Shown in pieces: positions 47,427-57,306 of a stretch of 64,000 nucleotides of DNA; the first letter of the stretch is position 1, and each line of letters begins with the position of its first letter. The stretch is from an uncultured Gammaproteobacteria bacterium (GTDB lineage: Bacteria > Patescibacteriota > Microgenomatia > Daviesbacterales > UBA10151). Position numbers and translations under genes: made by a program. Where the stretch lies: NCBI GenBank assembly GCA_964392925.1, contig CAYMRP010000005.1, positions 26,093-90,092 of the forward strand. The letters are read 5' to 3'. The notes under the pieces are model-generated. The model saw only the letters and a program-made list of their open reading frames with translations. It had not been told where the DNA came from and ran no database searches.

Positions 47427-47663
47427 ATGTCTTCTAAAGAAATATCTTCTTCTAGCTCAGAAGTGACAGCACTACCTACTGTGATGGCACACCGATTCGA
47501 GAGTAAAAGACAATTCCTGCAGATCAAGTTAATGGAAATAGGTAGAAACCAGAATACCCTAGTCGATGCGCTCAGTAACAGGCAATTAGTAATCGAAGAG
47601 CCTTGTCGAAGCAGATTATGTGGAGCGCCTCCCTCGGCCCATGTTATGACAAGAGCAGCTTAA
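47427..47663 (+). CDS. Small hypothetical protein (78 aa)
   Basis: Strong SD (AAAGGAGA) upstream; divergent from the HxlR gene. Confidence 0.5.
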   Translation: MSSKEISSSSSEVTALPTVMAHRFESKRQFLQIKLMEIGRNQNTLVDALSNRQLVIEEPCRSRLCGAPPSAHVMTRAA

Positions 47664-48250
47664 AGTTGATGAATTCGGGTAGAAGTTGGAAATTCATTAT
47701 TATCGCCCTCTGTATCATCTAGTGAAGATTTTAACTCATTTTGAAAATCACTCTTAAAGCTCTGCATTAACGGATTAACCTCTGTGCTTGCCTGGTAAAC
47801 AACAGATTCAGCCTTCCCTGATGCCTCCCTAAGCAATTCATCTATCGGCGCTAAAGCCTCACTAAATCTCTTCTCTTCTTCAGCTTTTCTTTTCTGTTCG
47901 ATTTGTCTATCTGCAACTAGCTTAAATTTCCCAAACTGCGAATCAGTCATGTAAATATAAGCCAGTATCACTTTCTCCCCGCGGCCTTCAGAAAGTTGTT
48001 TTAAATTATTAAAAATCATCACATAAGAATCCTTATTAGAATCAGGTTGTTTACTATGGCTGAGCTCGATTTGATAATCTCTTAAACTAACCGAATAATG
48101 ATCATGCAGAGTAGTAGGGTCAAATTTTTTTAAATCAGTTCTAAAAGCCTCAATCTTATTCTGGTTCAATAATCCAACTAATTGATTTATATATCTCTCA
48201 GCTTTTTCGAAGTCACCTCTAGGTGGAGTTTGATTGCTTGAATCGGACAT
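47660..48250 (-). CDS. Hypothetical soluble protein with coiled-coil segment
   Basis: 196-aa ORF; TATAAT lies 7 nt before the ATG. Confidence 0.65.
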   Translation of the reverse strand: MSDSSNQTPPRGDFEKAERYINQLVGLLNQNKIEAFRTDLKKFDPTTLHDHYSVSLRDYQIELSHSKQPDSNKDSYVMIFNNLKQLSEGRGEKVILAYIYMTDSQFGKFKLVADRQIEQKRKAEEEKRFSEALAPIDELLREASGKAESVVYQASTEVNPLMQSFKSDFQNELKSSLDDTEGDNNEFPTSTRIHQL

Positions 48251-48392
48251 TGGCCATATTATAGTTTGCCATCAATTACATCGCAAGGGCAATTTATCGC
48301 GATGGTGCATCTAAAAACCTTTGGCAGGCAGGTGCACAAAAGGGTATAATTCTCCTGAAAGGATAGTTTACGGTTTATTATAATAATCAATC

Positions 48393-49037
48393 ATGAGAAC
48401 CATCGGACAACTACTAAAAGAAGCTAGGGAAGCCAAACTCTATACACTAGATGAGGTTGAAAAACATACTAAGATCAGAAAAGAGCTTCTCAGGGCTCTC
48501 GAGAATAATGATTATGAAAAGCTTCCGCCTCTGACATTCATCCAGGGCTTTGTTAAGAACTACGGCAAATTCTTAGGTCTTGAAAGCGATAAATTGCTGG
48601 CAGTTTTAAGACGCGATTTTGAAGCCACTAAGCATCCTCCCTCAGTCATGGAAAGTTTTTCTAAGCCGCTTAGTAAAAAACGATTCCTAGTAACGCCTTC
48701 CCGGCTGATTGGTGCAGTCGTGGCCATTATTATAGTAACTTTCTTTGCTTACCTTTGGTTTGAATACCGCCAGTTTGTCGGCTCGCCGGTTCTTGAGGTT
48801 AACAGTCCTTCCCAAGGTCAAACTGTTGAAGTTACGACCATCTCAGTTGAAGGAATAACCGATCCGGACTCCAAAGTCACCATTAATGATCAAGAGGTGG
48901 GACTTGATACTGAAGGTAAATTTAAAGAGGAGGTCAAACTCTCATCATCAGTCAACAACATCTCAATTGTTTCAACCTCCAAATTCGGCCAATCGACCAA
49001 AGTTGAAAGAACAGTATATATAAAAAGCACGCAGTAG
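48393..49037 (+). CDS. RodZ-like HTH protein with TM and C-terminal Ig-like domain
   Basis: IGQLLKEARE, TKIRKELLRALE, GFVKNYGKFLGL, TM, PVLEVNSP...VEGITDPDSKVTIN. Confidence 0.85.
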   Translation: MRTIGQLLKEAREAKLYTLDEVEKHTKIRKELLRALENNDYEKLPPLTFIQGFVKNYGKFLGLESDKLLAVLRRDFEATKHPPSVMESFSKPLSKKRFLVTPSRLIGAVVAIIIVTFFAYLWFEYRQFVGSPVLEVNSPSQGQTVEVTTISVEGITDPDSKVTINDQEVGLDTEGKFKEEVKLSSSVNNISIVSTSKFGQSTKVERTVYIKSTQ

Positions 49038-49132
49038 GAGGCTTTAAAAGTAAGGGCTAAGTTTTATAGGAAAACCAAAATTTGAATTTGCGCTTCCCTT
49101 GATACATAATACATACTACTAGTCCCAAATAT

Positions 49133-49399
49133 ATGACAGTTCTTGAAATTGCTTTAATTATCCTAGTCGCTATCTGGTCAATAATCTTCCTGATTATTGG
49201 AGCTGCACTCATCATGATTTTTATAGCAGTCAAACGAGCAATCGGCAAAGCCAACAGTATTCTTGATAAGACAGAGGCTGTTGCAGGGAAAGTTGATCTT
49301 CCTTCAAAGGTTGTCATCGCTTCGATAGTTGGCTTTATGGCTAAAAACTCTATGGGCACAGTAAAAAAAATTATTTCTGGTTTTCTCTCCCGAAAATAG
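49133..49399 (+). CDS. Small membrane protein (DUF948/YoxC-like)
   Basis: Long hydrophobic N-terminus followed by an amphipathic helix. Confidence 0.6.
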   Translation: MTVLEIALIILVAIWSIIFLIIGAALIMIFIAVKRAIGKANSILDKTEAVAGKVDLPSKVVIASIVGFMAKNSMGTVKKIISGFLSRK

Positions 49400-49441
49400 C
49401 CTGACTTCTAAAAAAACTCCGCCTCTGTTATTATTCTAGGC

Positions 49442-51298
49442 ATGCAAAGCCGTGACATCCGTCAAAAATATCTTCAATTCTTTATTAGCAAATCTCACAA
49501 GGAAATTCAGCCTGCCAAATTAGTCCTAGATAATGACCCCACAACTCTTTTCACCTCTTCAGGAATGCAGCCCCTGGTGCCATATTTGCTTGGAGAAAAA
49601 CACCCGGAGGGCACCCGTTTAGTGGATTCTCAGCCCTCATTTCGCTCAGAAGATATAGAGGAGATTGGGGACAATAGACATACAACTTTTTTCGAAATGC
49701 TTGGCAACTGGTCGCTCGGCGACTATTTTAAAAAAGAGGAGATTACTTGGCTGCACCAATTTCTTTTTAAAGAACTCAATTTAGACCAGGAAAGAATCCA
49801 TATCACAGTTTTTGAAGGTAATGATTCAGTCCCCAAAGATGAGGATTCATTCGAAATCTGGAAAAATTTAGGCATTAAAGATGACCATCTTCACCTGTAC
49901 GGAGCAAGTAAGAACTGGTGGTCAAGATCTGGACCACCCGAAAATATGCCAGTTGGGGAGATAGGGGGCCCGGATACAGAGGTTTTCTATGAGTATCCGC
50001 AAATTAAGCATGACTTAAAATTTGGTTCTAATTGCCATCCTAATTGTGATTGCGGCAGATTTGTAGAAATCTGTAATGCGGTTTTCATCCAATATAAAAA
50101 AACAGGCGATGGAGAATTTGAAAAATTGCCTCAGCAGAATGTAGATTTTGGCGGCGGCTTGGAAAGAATCTTGGCTGCTGTAAATAATGAGCCCGATGTT
50201 TTTAAAACTGATTTATATACCCCCCTGATAAAAGTCATTGAAAAATACTCAGCCAAATCCTATTCCGATCCCGAGTCTCAGCCAAATATTCGTATCATTG
50301 CCGACCACCTAAAAGCAGCTACATTTTTAATCGTCTCCGGTGTCATCCCTTCCAATAAAATGCAGGGCTATGTTTTACGACGTTTAATTAGAAGGGTTGC
50401 AGTTAAAATGCACGAACTTCGGGGTCCTGTTAAAAAAGAAGCTATTCCAACCGATGCTTTTGAAGCTGCCTGCGCCTACACAGTCTTAGAAATTTACCAT
50501 GGATTATTCGGCATAGATAAGAATAATCATAAAGAACTCGTCGTTAGGATCATTGTTGATGAAATGGAAAAATTTGGAAAATCTCTGGAAAAAGGCTTGA
50601 AAGAAGTTCAAAAACTAGAGCATATTAACGGTAAAGCTGCCTTTGATTTATATCAGACATTTGGCTTTCCTCTCGAATTAACAATGGAGCTTATTAAACA
50701 AAAAGGCCAATCTTTCGACAAGAAAGATTTTGAATCAGAATTTGCAAAACATCGTGATCTATCCCGAACCTCCTCAGCTGGCAAGTTTGCCGGAGGTCTT
50801 GCTGGACATTCAGATGTTGAAATTAAATATCACACCGCCACCCATCTTCTTCACCAGGCTCTAAGAGATGTCTTGGGCGACACAGTCTTTCAAAAAGGCT
50901 CAAATATTACTCCGGAAAGGCTCAGATTTGATTTCTCATTCGACCGGAAAATGACACCAGAAGAAATCACCCAGGTCGAGGATTTAGTTAATTCCAAGAT
51001 AACAGAAGACTTAAAAGTTGACCGGACTCATATGACTTACGATCAGGCAAAAGAATTAAATGCAATCGGCCTGTTTGATGAAAAATACGATAAAACTAAC
51101 GTCTCTATTTACTCCATAGGCCCAAACTATAAAATAGATCAAAACTCCAAAGATCAGCGGAATAGAGGTGGTTACTATTCTTTGGAATTCTGCGGCGGAC
51201 CTCATGTTGAACATACCTCTTCAGTCGGTAAAATAAAAATCGTTAAAGAAGAGTCAGTCTCGGCGGGTATGCGCCGCATCCGAGCTGAGTTAATTTAG
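49442..51298 (+). CDS. alaS: Alanine--tRNA ligase (short form, no C-Ala domain)
   Basis: FTSSGMQPL, HTTFFEMLGNWS, DFGGGLER, HTATHLLH, EFCGGPHV, GMRRIRA then stop. Confidence 0.96.
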   Translation: MQSRDIRQKYLQFFISKSHKEIQPAKLVLDNDPTTLFTSSGMQPLVPYLLGEKHPEGTRLVDSQPSFRSEDIEEIGDNRHTTFFEMLGNWSLGDYFKKEEITWLHQFLFKELNLDQERIHITVFEGNDSVPKDEDSFEIWKNLGIKDDHLHLYGASKNWWSRSGPPENMPVGEIGGPDTEVFYEYPQIKHDLKFGSNCHPNCDCGRFVEICNAVFIQYKKTGDGEFEKLPQQNVDFGGGLERILAAVNNEPDVFKTDLYTPLIKVIEKYSAKSYSDPESQPNIRIIADHLKAATFLIVSGVIPSNKMQGYVLRRLIRRVAVKMHELRGPVKKEAIPTDAFEAACAYTVLEIYHGLFGIDKNNHKELVVRIIVDEMEKFGKSLEKGLKEVQKLEHINGKAAFDLYQTFGFPLELTMELIKQKGQSFDKKDFESEFAKHRDLSRTSSAGKFAGGLAGHSDVEIKYHTATHLLHQALRDVLGDTVFQKGSNITPERLRFDFSFDRKMTPEEITQVEDLVNSKITEDLKVDRTHMTYDQAKELNAIGLFDEKYDKTNVSIYSIGPNYKIDQNSKDQRNRGGYYSLEFCGGPHVEHTSSVGKIKIVKEESVSAGMRRIRAELI

Positions 51299-51372
51299 AG
51301 CCGTATCCTATTTATAAATATTGAATTTGTGTGCTAATATTAAGCTTGATCCTTTGTTAAGGAATCCAATTT

Positions 51373-53592
51373 ATGGGGTTTTTAGATTCACTGTCCAAGT
51401 TCTTACCAAGTAAAAAAAGCCAGGTTCAAGCAGAATACTATTTCGGTTTGAGCATCAAGCACGGAATGGTCACAGGTTCAGTCTGGGGAATAGATGGTAA
51501 TAAAGTCAAAATAATCTCTTTTAAAGATCATAAATTCAGTCAGGAGGGTGATGTCTCTGAAAATGCCCACAGTTTAATTGAGGCCTCCAACATCGCTCTA
51601 GACCAGGCTCTCGCCGACTTTCAGCCTGAACCCGATAAGATTCTTTTTGGAGTTCCTGACTCTTGGTTACAGGACGAAGAACTAAAAGGCAAGTACGCTA
51701 AAGTTTTAAAACAGCTGACAAATGAATTAGATGTTGCGCCATTGGCATATGTCTCCACAACTCACGCTATTTGTCATCTTCTTCAAAGGCAGGAAGGCAT
51801 CCCGGTAACTGCAATTCTGGTGGAAGTAGGGGACCCGCTAAGCGTGTCTGTTGTTAAAGCAGGCAAGGTTCTGGGGACTAAAGAGGTTTCTCGAGGTGAG
51901 CATCTTAGCCGTGATATTGAAAAAGCACTCCTGTCATTCGGGGATGTAGAAGTTTTACCCGCCAAGATTTTAATTTTTGGTAAAGGTGATGTAGCTCGGT
52001 ACAAAGAAGAAATGGTTTCCTACAACTGGATGGGTCAACTGCCATTCCTCCATCTGCCTAAGATAGAAAGTCTTGAGGATAACGCCTCAATAAAAGCACT
52101 CAGCTTTGCTGGGGCATCAGAGATTAATCCTCATGTTCACTTAGACCATCAAACAGTTCCAGTGGAAGCCTTAGCTCCGGCTTCAAATCACGCAACTCGA
52201 AAATTGCCTGATCATCATGATAATCTCAAGCCAGCTCATGGTACAGCAGCCTTGCCTGTTTTTGCCGAAGGTGATATTAACCAAAGAGGTAAGCAGCCTG
52301 CCGGAGAAGACAGTACTGCAGAATACGCTGTTGAAACTTATGAGCGTCCAATGCATCGACAACCAGCTCCTTTCAAAGCCAGTCCCTTAGATAAGTTGCC
52401 TTCTGTCGGATCTATTATTCCAGCCAGCCTTCTTAAGAATCCAATGAGGTTTTTTAGCGGCGCTGGCTTCACTCTTATAATTCCAGTTATCGTTCTGGCA
52501 GTTCTAGTCGGGGCTTATCTATTACTACCAAAAGCCACAGTTACTATTTTTGTTGATCCGAAAATTCTAGAAAAAGAAACACTAATCGTGGCAGATCCAA
52601 CTATTACAACTATGGATGAAGCCAGCAAGCAAATTGCCGGTAAAATCGTTGAAACAACAGTTGATGGAACTGCCAAAGCCGCCGCAACAGGTAAAAAGCA
52701 AATTGGAGATCCCGCCAAAGGAGCTGTAGTTTTATATAACAAAACCTCCTCTCCAAGAACTTTCTCCGCTGGCACTGAACTGGTTGGTCCCGGGAATTTA
52801 ACTTTTAAACTTGATACCTCAGTTACGGTTGCTTCCCAGTCGGCTGTTGAAGGGGGCATTTCCTTTGGTAAAGGTACCACTAACGCAACAGCCTCAACTA
52901 TTGGGCCTGAAAGCAACTTGGCAGCTGGTAAGGACCTCACAATCAAAGGTGCTTCCGCTGATCAATTCACTGCCAAAGTTGACACCGCTTTTTCCGGAGG
53001 AGTTTCCAAAGATGTCACAGTCGTGACCGCAGATGACCAGAAAAAACTTCTCGCTTCTTTAACGTCCGACTTAAAAAAGCAGGCTTCAGACGAGGTCCAG
53101 GGGAAACTAACCGGCGATATGAAAATACTTGAAGAAACTTTTACCGAGAAAGTAATTTCCCAATCTTACTCCAAAAAATCTGGCGACCAGGCTACAGAAT
53201 TTTCTCTAACCTTGAACCTCAATCTTAAAGGCACAGCTTATTCAGACACCGATCTTAAAACTATTGTTGGAAAACTTGTTGAAACGAATGTTCCCGAAGG
53301 CTACGACTTAGATCTTTCTCGTACTGAAACCCAGGCTACAGTTTCTAAAGTTGAGAAAGACGGAAAAATCGTTTTTACAGCAAAATTTAAAGCCAAGTTA
53401 ATGCCTAGATTAGATCTTGAAAAACTAAAATCTGACATTAAATTTAAAACTCCGGTTCAGGTAGAAGATATTCTCAAGACTCACGAAAGCGTGATTGGCG
53501 CTGATGTAAAAATCTCCCCAGAACTTCCAGGTCCGCTTCTGCGCTTACCATTGCTGCCCCAAAACATAAATCTTGAAATATCTTCAAATTAG
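51373..53592 (+). CDS. Membrane protein: degenerate FtsA/actin-like N-terminal region, linker, TM, baseplate-J-like extracellular region
   Basis: YYFGLSI...GSVW and ILFGVPDSW at the N-terminus; TM then LPKATVTI, AKGAVVLYN, IGPESNLAAG, AFSGG, VVTADD. Confidence 0.7.
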   Translation: MGFLDSLSKFLPSKKSQVQAEYYFGLSIKHGMVTGSVWGIDGNKVKIISFKDHKFSQEGDVSENAHSLIEASNIALDQALADFQPEPDKILFGVPDSWLQDEELKGKYAKVLKQLTNELDVAPLAYVSTTHAICHLLQRQEGIPVTAILVEVGDPLSVSVVKAGKVLGTKEVSRGEHLSRDIEKALLSFGDVEVLPAKILIFGKGDVARYKEEMVSYNWMGQLPFLHLPKIESLEDNASIKALSFAGASEINPHVHLDHQTVPVEALAPASNHATRKLPDHHDNLKPAHGTAALPVFAEGDINQRGKQPAGEDSTAEYAVETYERPMHRQPAPFKASPLDKLPSVGSIIPASLLKNPMRFFSGAGFTLIIPVIVLAVLVGAYLLLPKATVTIFVDPKILEKETLIVADPTITTMDEASKQIAGKIVETTVDGTAKAAATGKKQIGDPAKGAVVLYNKTSSPRTFSAGTELVGPGNLTFKLDTSVTVASQSAVEGGISFGKGTTNATASTIGPESNLAAGKDLTIKGASADQFTAKVDTAFSGGVSKDVTVVTADDQKKLLASLTSDLKKQASDEVQGKLTGDMKILEETFTEKVISQSYSKKSGDQATEFSLTLNLNLKGTAYSDTDLKTIVGKLVETNVPEGYDLDLSRTETQATVSKVEKDGKIVFTAKFKAKLMPRLDLEKLKSDIKFKTPVQVEDILKTHESVIGADVKISPELPGPLLRLPLLPQNINLEISSN

Positions 53593-54436
53593 AATAATTC
53601 TCATCATTCTCATAGTTCTAAGTATTGGGATTTTCTCCCTTAGCTTTATCCTATCCCAAAATCCTTCTGCAGAAGTTTCACCCTCACCATCTCCAAAAGA
53701 AATTAGAACTGCTGTTATTGTTTCCTCAGCCCCAACCCCAACTCCTAGCCCCACCCCAACACCAAGACCATCTCCTTCGTTAAAACCTGCCCCGAATAAA
53801 GAGTCCTATATTATTGCCGCTTTTGGCGATTCAATGGTCGACACCATGGGTGAAAACCTTGATTATTTGGATAAAGAAATGATAGCCCGTTATCCTAAAA
53901 CAAAATTCAAATTTTATAATTACGGGATTGGATCACAAAACGTAGTAGAAGCAGAGAAAAGATTCTCTGAGCCTTTCATTTACCAAACAAGAAATTATCC
54001 TCCTCTCGACGAGATTAAAGCTGATGTAATCATAATTTCATCATTTGCCTATAATCCACTCTCTCCTTATGACAAGAGTGCTTACTTAAAAAGCTTAACC
54101 AGTTTAATAAATAACGCCAAAAACACTGGTGCCAAAGTATATCTTTTAGCCGAAATCGCCCCTTTGAAAGTAGGCTTTGGTAAAGGAGTTGGTGGTGTTA
54201 ATTGGGAGGATTCTAAAGTTAAAGAGCATGTCGGATATATCCTCCAAAATCTTGATGCTTCAGTTTTTCTGTCGTCTCAGACAAATACTCCACTACTAAA
54301 TGCCTATAAAGCCTCTCAGGTCGACGGGAAATACGGCAATAAATTATATGTCGGCAGCCATGACGGAATTCATCCTTCTGTAGAAGGCGAAATATTTATG
54401 GCGGATTTAATAGCAGAGCAAATAAAACTACCTTAA
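53573..54436 (+). CDS. Membrane-anchored SGNH/GDSL hydrolase with Pro/Thr stalk
   Basis: AFGDSM, YNYGIG, DGIHPS. Confidence 0.88.
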   Translation: MKYLQIRIILIILIVLSIGIFSLSFILSQNPSAEVSPSPSPKEIRTAVIVSSAPTPTPSPTPTPRPSPSLKPAPNKESYIIAAFGDSMVDTMGENLDYLDKEMIARYPKTKFKFYNYGIGSQNVVEAEKRFSEPFIYQTRNYPPLDEIKADVIIISSFAYNPLSPYDKSAYLKSLTSLINNAKNTGAKVYLLAEIAPLKVGFGKGVGGVNWEDSKVKEHVGYILQNLDASVFLSSQTNTPLLNAYKASQVDGKYGNKLYVGSHDGIHPSVEGEIFMADLIAEQIKLP

Positions 54437-54465
54437 TTTCAGGTATGTGAGGAATCAAGCTCTGC

Positions 54466-55872
54466 CTAATTTGAGCCCCGCCAATATTCTGGAGTAATAA
54501 TAAAAAAGTATTCCATACTCGAATAAATAGAAATCATAAAAATGACTAATAATGCAGCAGTGACTACAATCTGATTTAATCTTGATGAAGGTCTAACATT
54601 AATCAAAAACAGAAATAATAATAGTCCCGATATAACCCATTTCCAAATCCCTGAATATGCTTGAAATTCCTCAATGCTCATAATTTTAGAAATATTTACA
54701 CCAATCGGAATAAGTAACAGCATGAATGCTGGAATAATATAGTCTTTATTTCTAAAAGCACCAACTATTATTCTGGCGATAGCAGCATATAAAAACGGAA
54801 TAAAAGGATATCTGTACCAGCCGTGAGGTTCACTGCCAAACAGTAAAAAGACTGCCAAATAACAAACTAAAGGTGCGAGTATATACATCTCCTTCTTATC
54901 CCGGCCCGGAATCATGAATAGTGAAACAGCAGCCAGCCAGCCTGACAAAAACCAGCCGTCTGTTAAATAATGAACATTAGTTATTTTAGTCGTAGTTAAC
55001 AAATCATAAAAAGCTTTTGATCCAATCCCGTAAAACCTTTCTCCGTTTGAGCCAAGAATTATTAGAAATTGTTCAAAATCATATGCCGCACCATAACTAA
55101 AAAACACGAGCAAAAACCCCATCGAAACTAACGCATATATTGAAACATCCTGCAGAGCTTTTCTGATCGACTTGGAAAAATATAGCAATATAAAAATACC
55201 ACTCAGAACAATTGCAATTCCGGAGAGTTTTGCTAAAAGTGAAATCCCGGCAATGATCGCGCAAACCCAAAGCAGCCATTTTTTCTGATGCTCAATATAT
55301 AAATAAAGCGTCACCAGGCTTGCAATAAATAAAGGAATTAGTAAATTCTCAGCTTGGACTGTTCTGCTGCCGATTATCGAAAGAGGGGAGACTGCCATAA
55401 TCAATGATCCTCCAATCGCTTCTTTGTAGCCAAACACCTTATACAAGTAGATAAATAGAAGTAGTATCGAAATAGAACCTAGAATCACCATCGGTTTTCT
55501 TATAAAAGAAATCAGCACGTCCTCAAACACTCGAGCCCCTTTTGAATAAGCATATCCGCCTGTTATCAACCCTAAAAGCGGAGGATGATCAAACCACGGC
55601 GTATTTATAGAAAATGGATTAGCCCCCGCTGCTTCTTTAAAAACTTGATTAACACTAATGTAACGATAATCATAATTCTTGTATCCGGAAATCCCGGAAA
55701 TTCCAATTGGCACTCCAGTTTGGATTAAGCTTAACCCAACCCAACCAAAACTATATTCGTCCATCGACTCTCCAGGGTAAGGAATTAAGGAATAATTATC
55801 ATTCCTTAAGTAATATCCAAAAGCCGTTATTGATATTAAAATAGCAACTAAAATAATTTGATATTTCTTCAT
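54466..55872 (-). CDS. GT-C fold membrane glycosyltransferase (PMT/ArnT-like)
   Basis: MDEY acidic motif in the first loop, FDHPPL, SRTVQAEN, AKLSG; many TM helices. Confidence 0.85.
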   Translation of the reverse strand: MKKYQIILVAILISITAFGYYLRNDNYSLIPYPGESMDEYSFGWVGLSLIQTGVPIGISGISGYKNYDYRYISVNQVFKEAAGANPFSINTPWFDHPPLLGLITGGYAYSKGARVFEDVLISFIRKPMVILGSISILLLFIYLYKVFGYKEAIGGSLIMAVSPLSIIGSRTVQAENLLIPLFIASLVTLYLYIEHQKKWLLWVCAIIAGISLLAKLSGIAIVLSGIFILLYFSKSIRKALQDVSIYALVSMGFLLVFFSYGAAYDFEQFLIILGSNGERFYGIGSKAFYDLLTTTKITNVHYLTDGWFLSGWLAAVSLFMIPGRDKKEMYILAPLVCYLAVFLLFGSEPHGWYRYPFIPFLYAAIARIIVGAFRNKDYIIPAFMLLLIPIGVNISKIMSIEEFQAYSGIWKWVISGLLLFLFLINVRPSSRLNQIVVTAALLVIFMISIYSSMEYFFIITPEYWRGSN

Positions 55873-56345
55873 CTGTAAAAACAGTTAACATTATCACCAG
55901 GCGTTATGCTTTTCTCAAAATCTAAAATCTCATCATTATTAATAAAGCATCTCCAGGAAGTCTCATTAGAAACTAGATTTCCCATTCTAACTAGTCTTTT
56001 CGGCTCAACTTCTACCTCATACAAATTTATTCTGGCAACTAATTTTATAAGATCTGCATAGCTACTTGGATTAATAGCTTTAACAGCTAAAGTATTGGTC
56101 GAGCTTTCATTGCCATTGCAATAAATATTTAGTTTTACATATGCATCCTGCGCATCAGGGCTTCCAAGTATTGCATTTGTACACGGATTCTCTCCGAAGT
56201 ATCTAAATTTTGAAACCTCGGATAACAACTGCTCTTTTTTCTGCTCGCTGAAATTCGCTTTTGTGTAGCTTTTGATAAACAAATAGAGTAAGCAGCTAAT
56301 AACTAGAATGATTCCAAAATAAACAATCAGAGGTTTACTACTCAT
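55869..56345 (-). CDS. Membrane-anchored hypothetical protein with possible DUF4430-like beta-grasp C-terminus
   Basis: MSSKPL plus TM; WRCFINN...ITPGDNVNCFY. Start overlaps the msrA stop. Confidence 0.6.
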   Translation of the reverse strand: MSSKPLIVYFGIILVISCLLYLFIKSYTKANFSEQKKEQLLSEVSKFRYFGENPCTNAILGSPDAQDAYVKLNIYCNGNESSTNTLAVKAINPSSYADLIKLVARINLYEVEVEPKRLVRMGNLVSNETSWRCFINNDEILDFEKSITPGDNVNCFYR

Positions 56346-56886
56346 CCTCACGAACCCGATCTTTGAAATCCCGGTAAAGCTTTTGAATCTTCGGATCAAT
56401 CACAACCCGGCAGTAAGAATTAGAACTCCTATTTTGGTCATAATAATCTTGGTGATAATCCTCGGCTTCATAAAAATTAGTCAGCTGTGAAATTTCAGTT
56501 ACAATCGGATCATCATAAATTTTATCTTTTTCAAACTGCGCCAAAACTCTCTCAGCAATTTCTTTTTGTTCTTCATCGCTATAAAAAATTGCCGATCTAT
56601 ATTGCTCACCAATATCTGCTCCTTGTTGGTTAAGAGTTGTCGGGTCATGCAGTTTGAAAAATATTTCCACCAGCTGTTTATAAGAGATAATACTAGAATC
56701 AAACTTTATTTGAATTGCCTCTGCATGTCCTGTATCTCCATTTGAAACCTGTTCGTATGTTGGGTTCTCAACCCGTCCTCCAGTATAGCCTGAAATAACC
56801 TCCTCAACTCCTTTAAGTCTTTTAAATACCGCCTCAGTACACCAAAAGCAACCTCCAGCAAACGTTGCAGTTTTAAGTTTTAACAT
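56338..56886 (-). CDS. msrA: Peptide-methionine (S)-S-oxide reductase
   Basis: FAGGCFWC, TGHAE, HDPT, QYRSAIF, AEDYHQDYY. ATG at 56886. Confidence 0.97.
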   Translation of the reverse strand: MLKLKTATFAGGCFWCTEAVFKRLKGVEEVISGYTGGRVENPTYEQVSNGDTGHAEAIQIKFDSSIISYKQLVEIFFKLHDPTTLNQQGADIGEQYRSAIFYSDEEQKEIAERVLAQFEKDKIYDDPIVTEISQLTNFYEAEDYHQDYYDQNRSSNSYCRVVIDPKIQKLYRDFKDRVREDE

Positions 56887-56983
56887 GAAATGATTATATT
56901 GCAAACTAAAAATTAAATACATGGGGCTTGCAATTTAATGTGAAATAGAAGTATTCTCAATGCCTAAAGGAGGTGAAATATAC

Positions 56984-57259
56984 ATGGCAAACAACGATAA
57001 AAAAACTGGTTTAAATCCAGTGGTTGCTTCTCTTGCAGGAGCTGCATTAGGTGCAGCAGTTGGCGCTGGGGCAGTAATCCTTTCCGACGAAAAAAATCGC
57101 AAGAAACTTGAGGAAGCTTTAGAGGGTCTCAAAAAACAGGGCTTTGATGTTTTAGAAATAGCTAAAAAAGAAGCGAGTTCAATCAAAAAGCAATTAACTC
57201 CTGCAGCCGAAGAAGCAGTAAAAGAAGTTAAGAAGGCAGCTAAGAAAGCTTCTAAATAG
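56984..57259 (+). CDS. YtxH-like small protein
   Basis: AGGAGGTG SD; GAALGAAVGAGAVIL followed by a Lys/Glu-rich helix. Confidence 0.75.
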   Translation: MANNDKKTGLNPVVASLAGAALGAAVGAGAVILSDEKNRKKLEEALEGLKKQGFDVLEIAKKEASSIKKQLTPAAEEAVKEVKKAAKKASK

Positions 57260-57306
57260 CTCATTAACCTTGCAAATAGCCTAATTTTAAAGTTAAAATT
57301 CCCCTC

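Noticed and set aside
48266-48340. Short inverted repeats (CATCGC/GCGATG; TGCATCT/AGGTGCA) between the 47660 gene and the RodZ-like gene
   Set aside because: Short stems with large loops inside a divergent promoter region; not distinguishable from chance.
51373-53592. Prophage or contractile injection system suggested by the baseplate-J-like region
   Set aside because: No integrase, terminase, capsid, sheath or tube genes nearby; neighbours are housekeeping genes.
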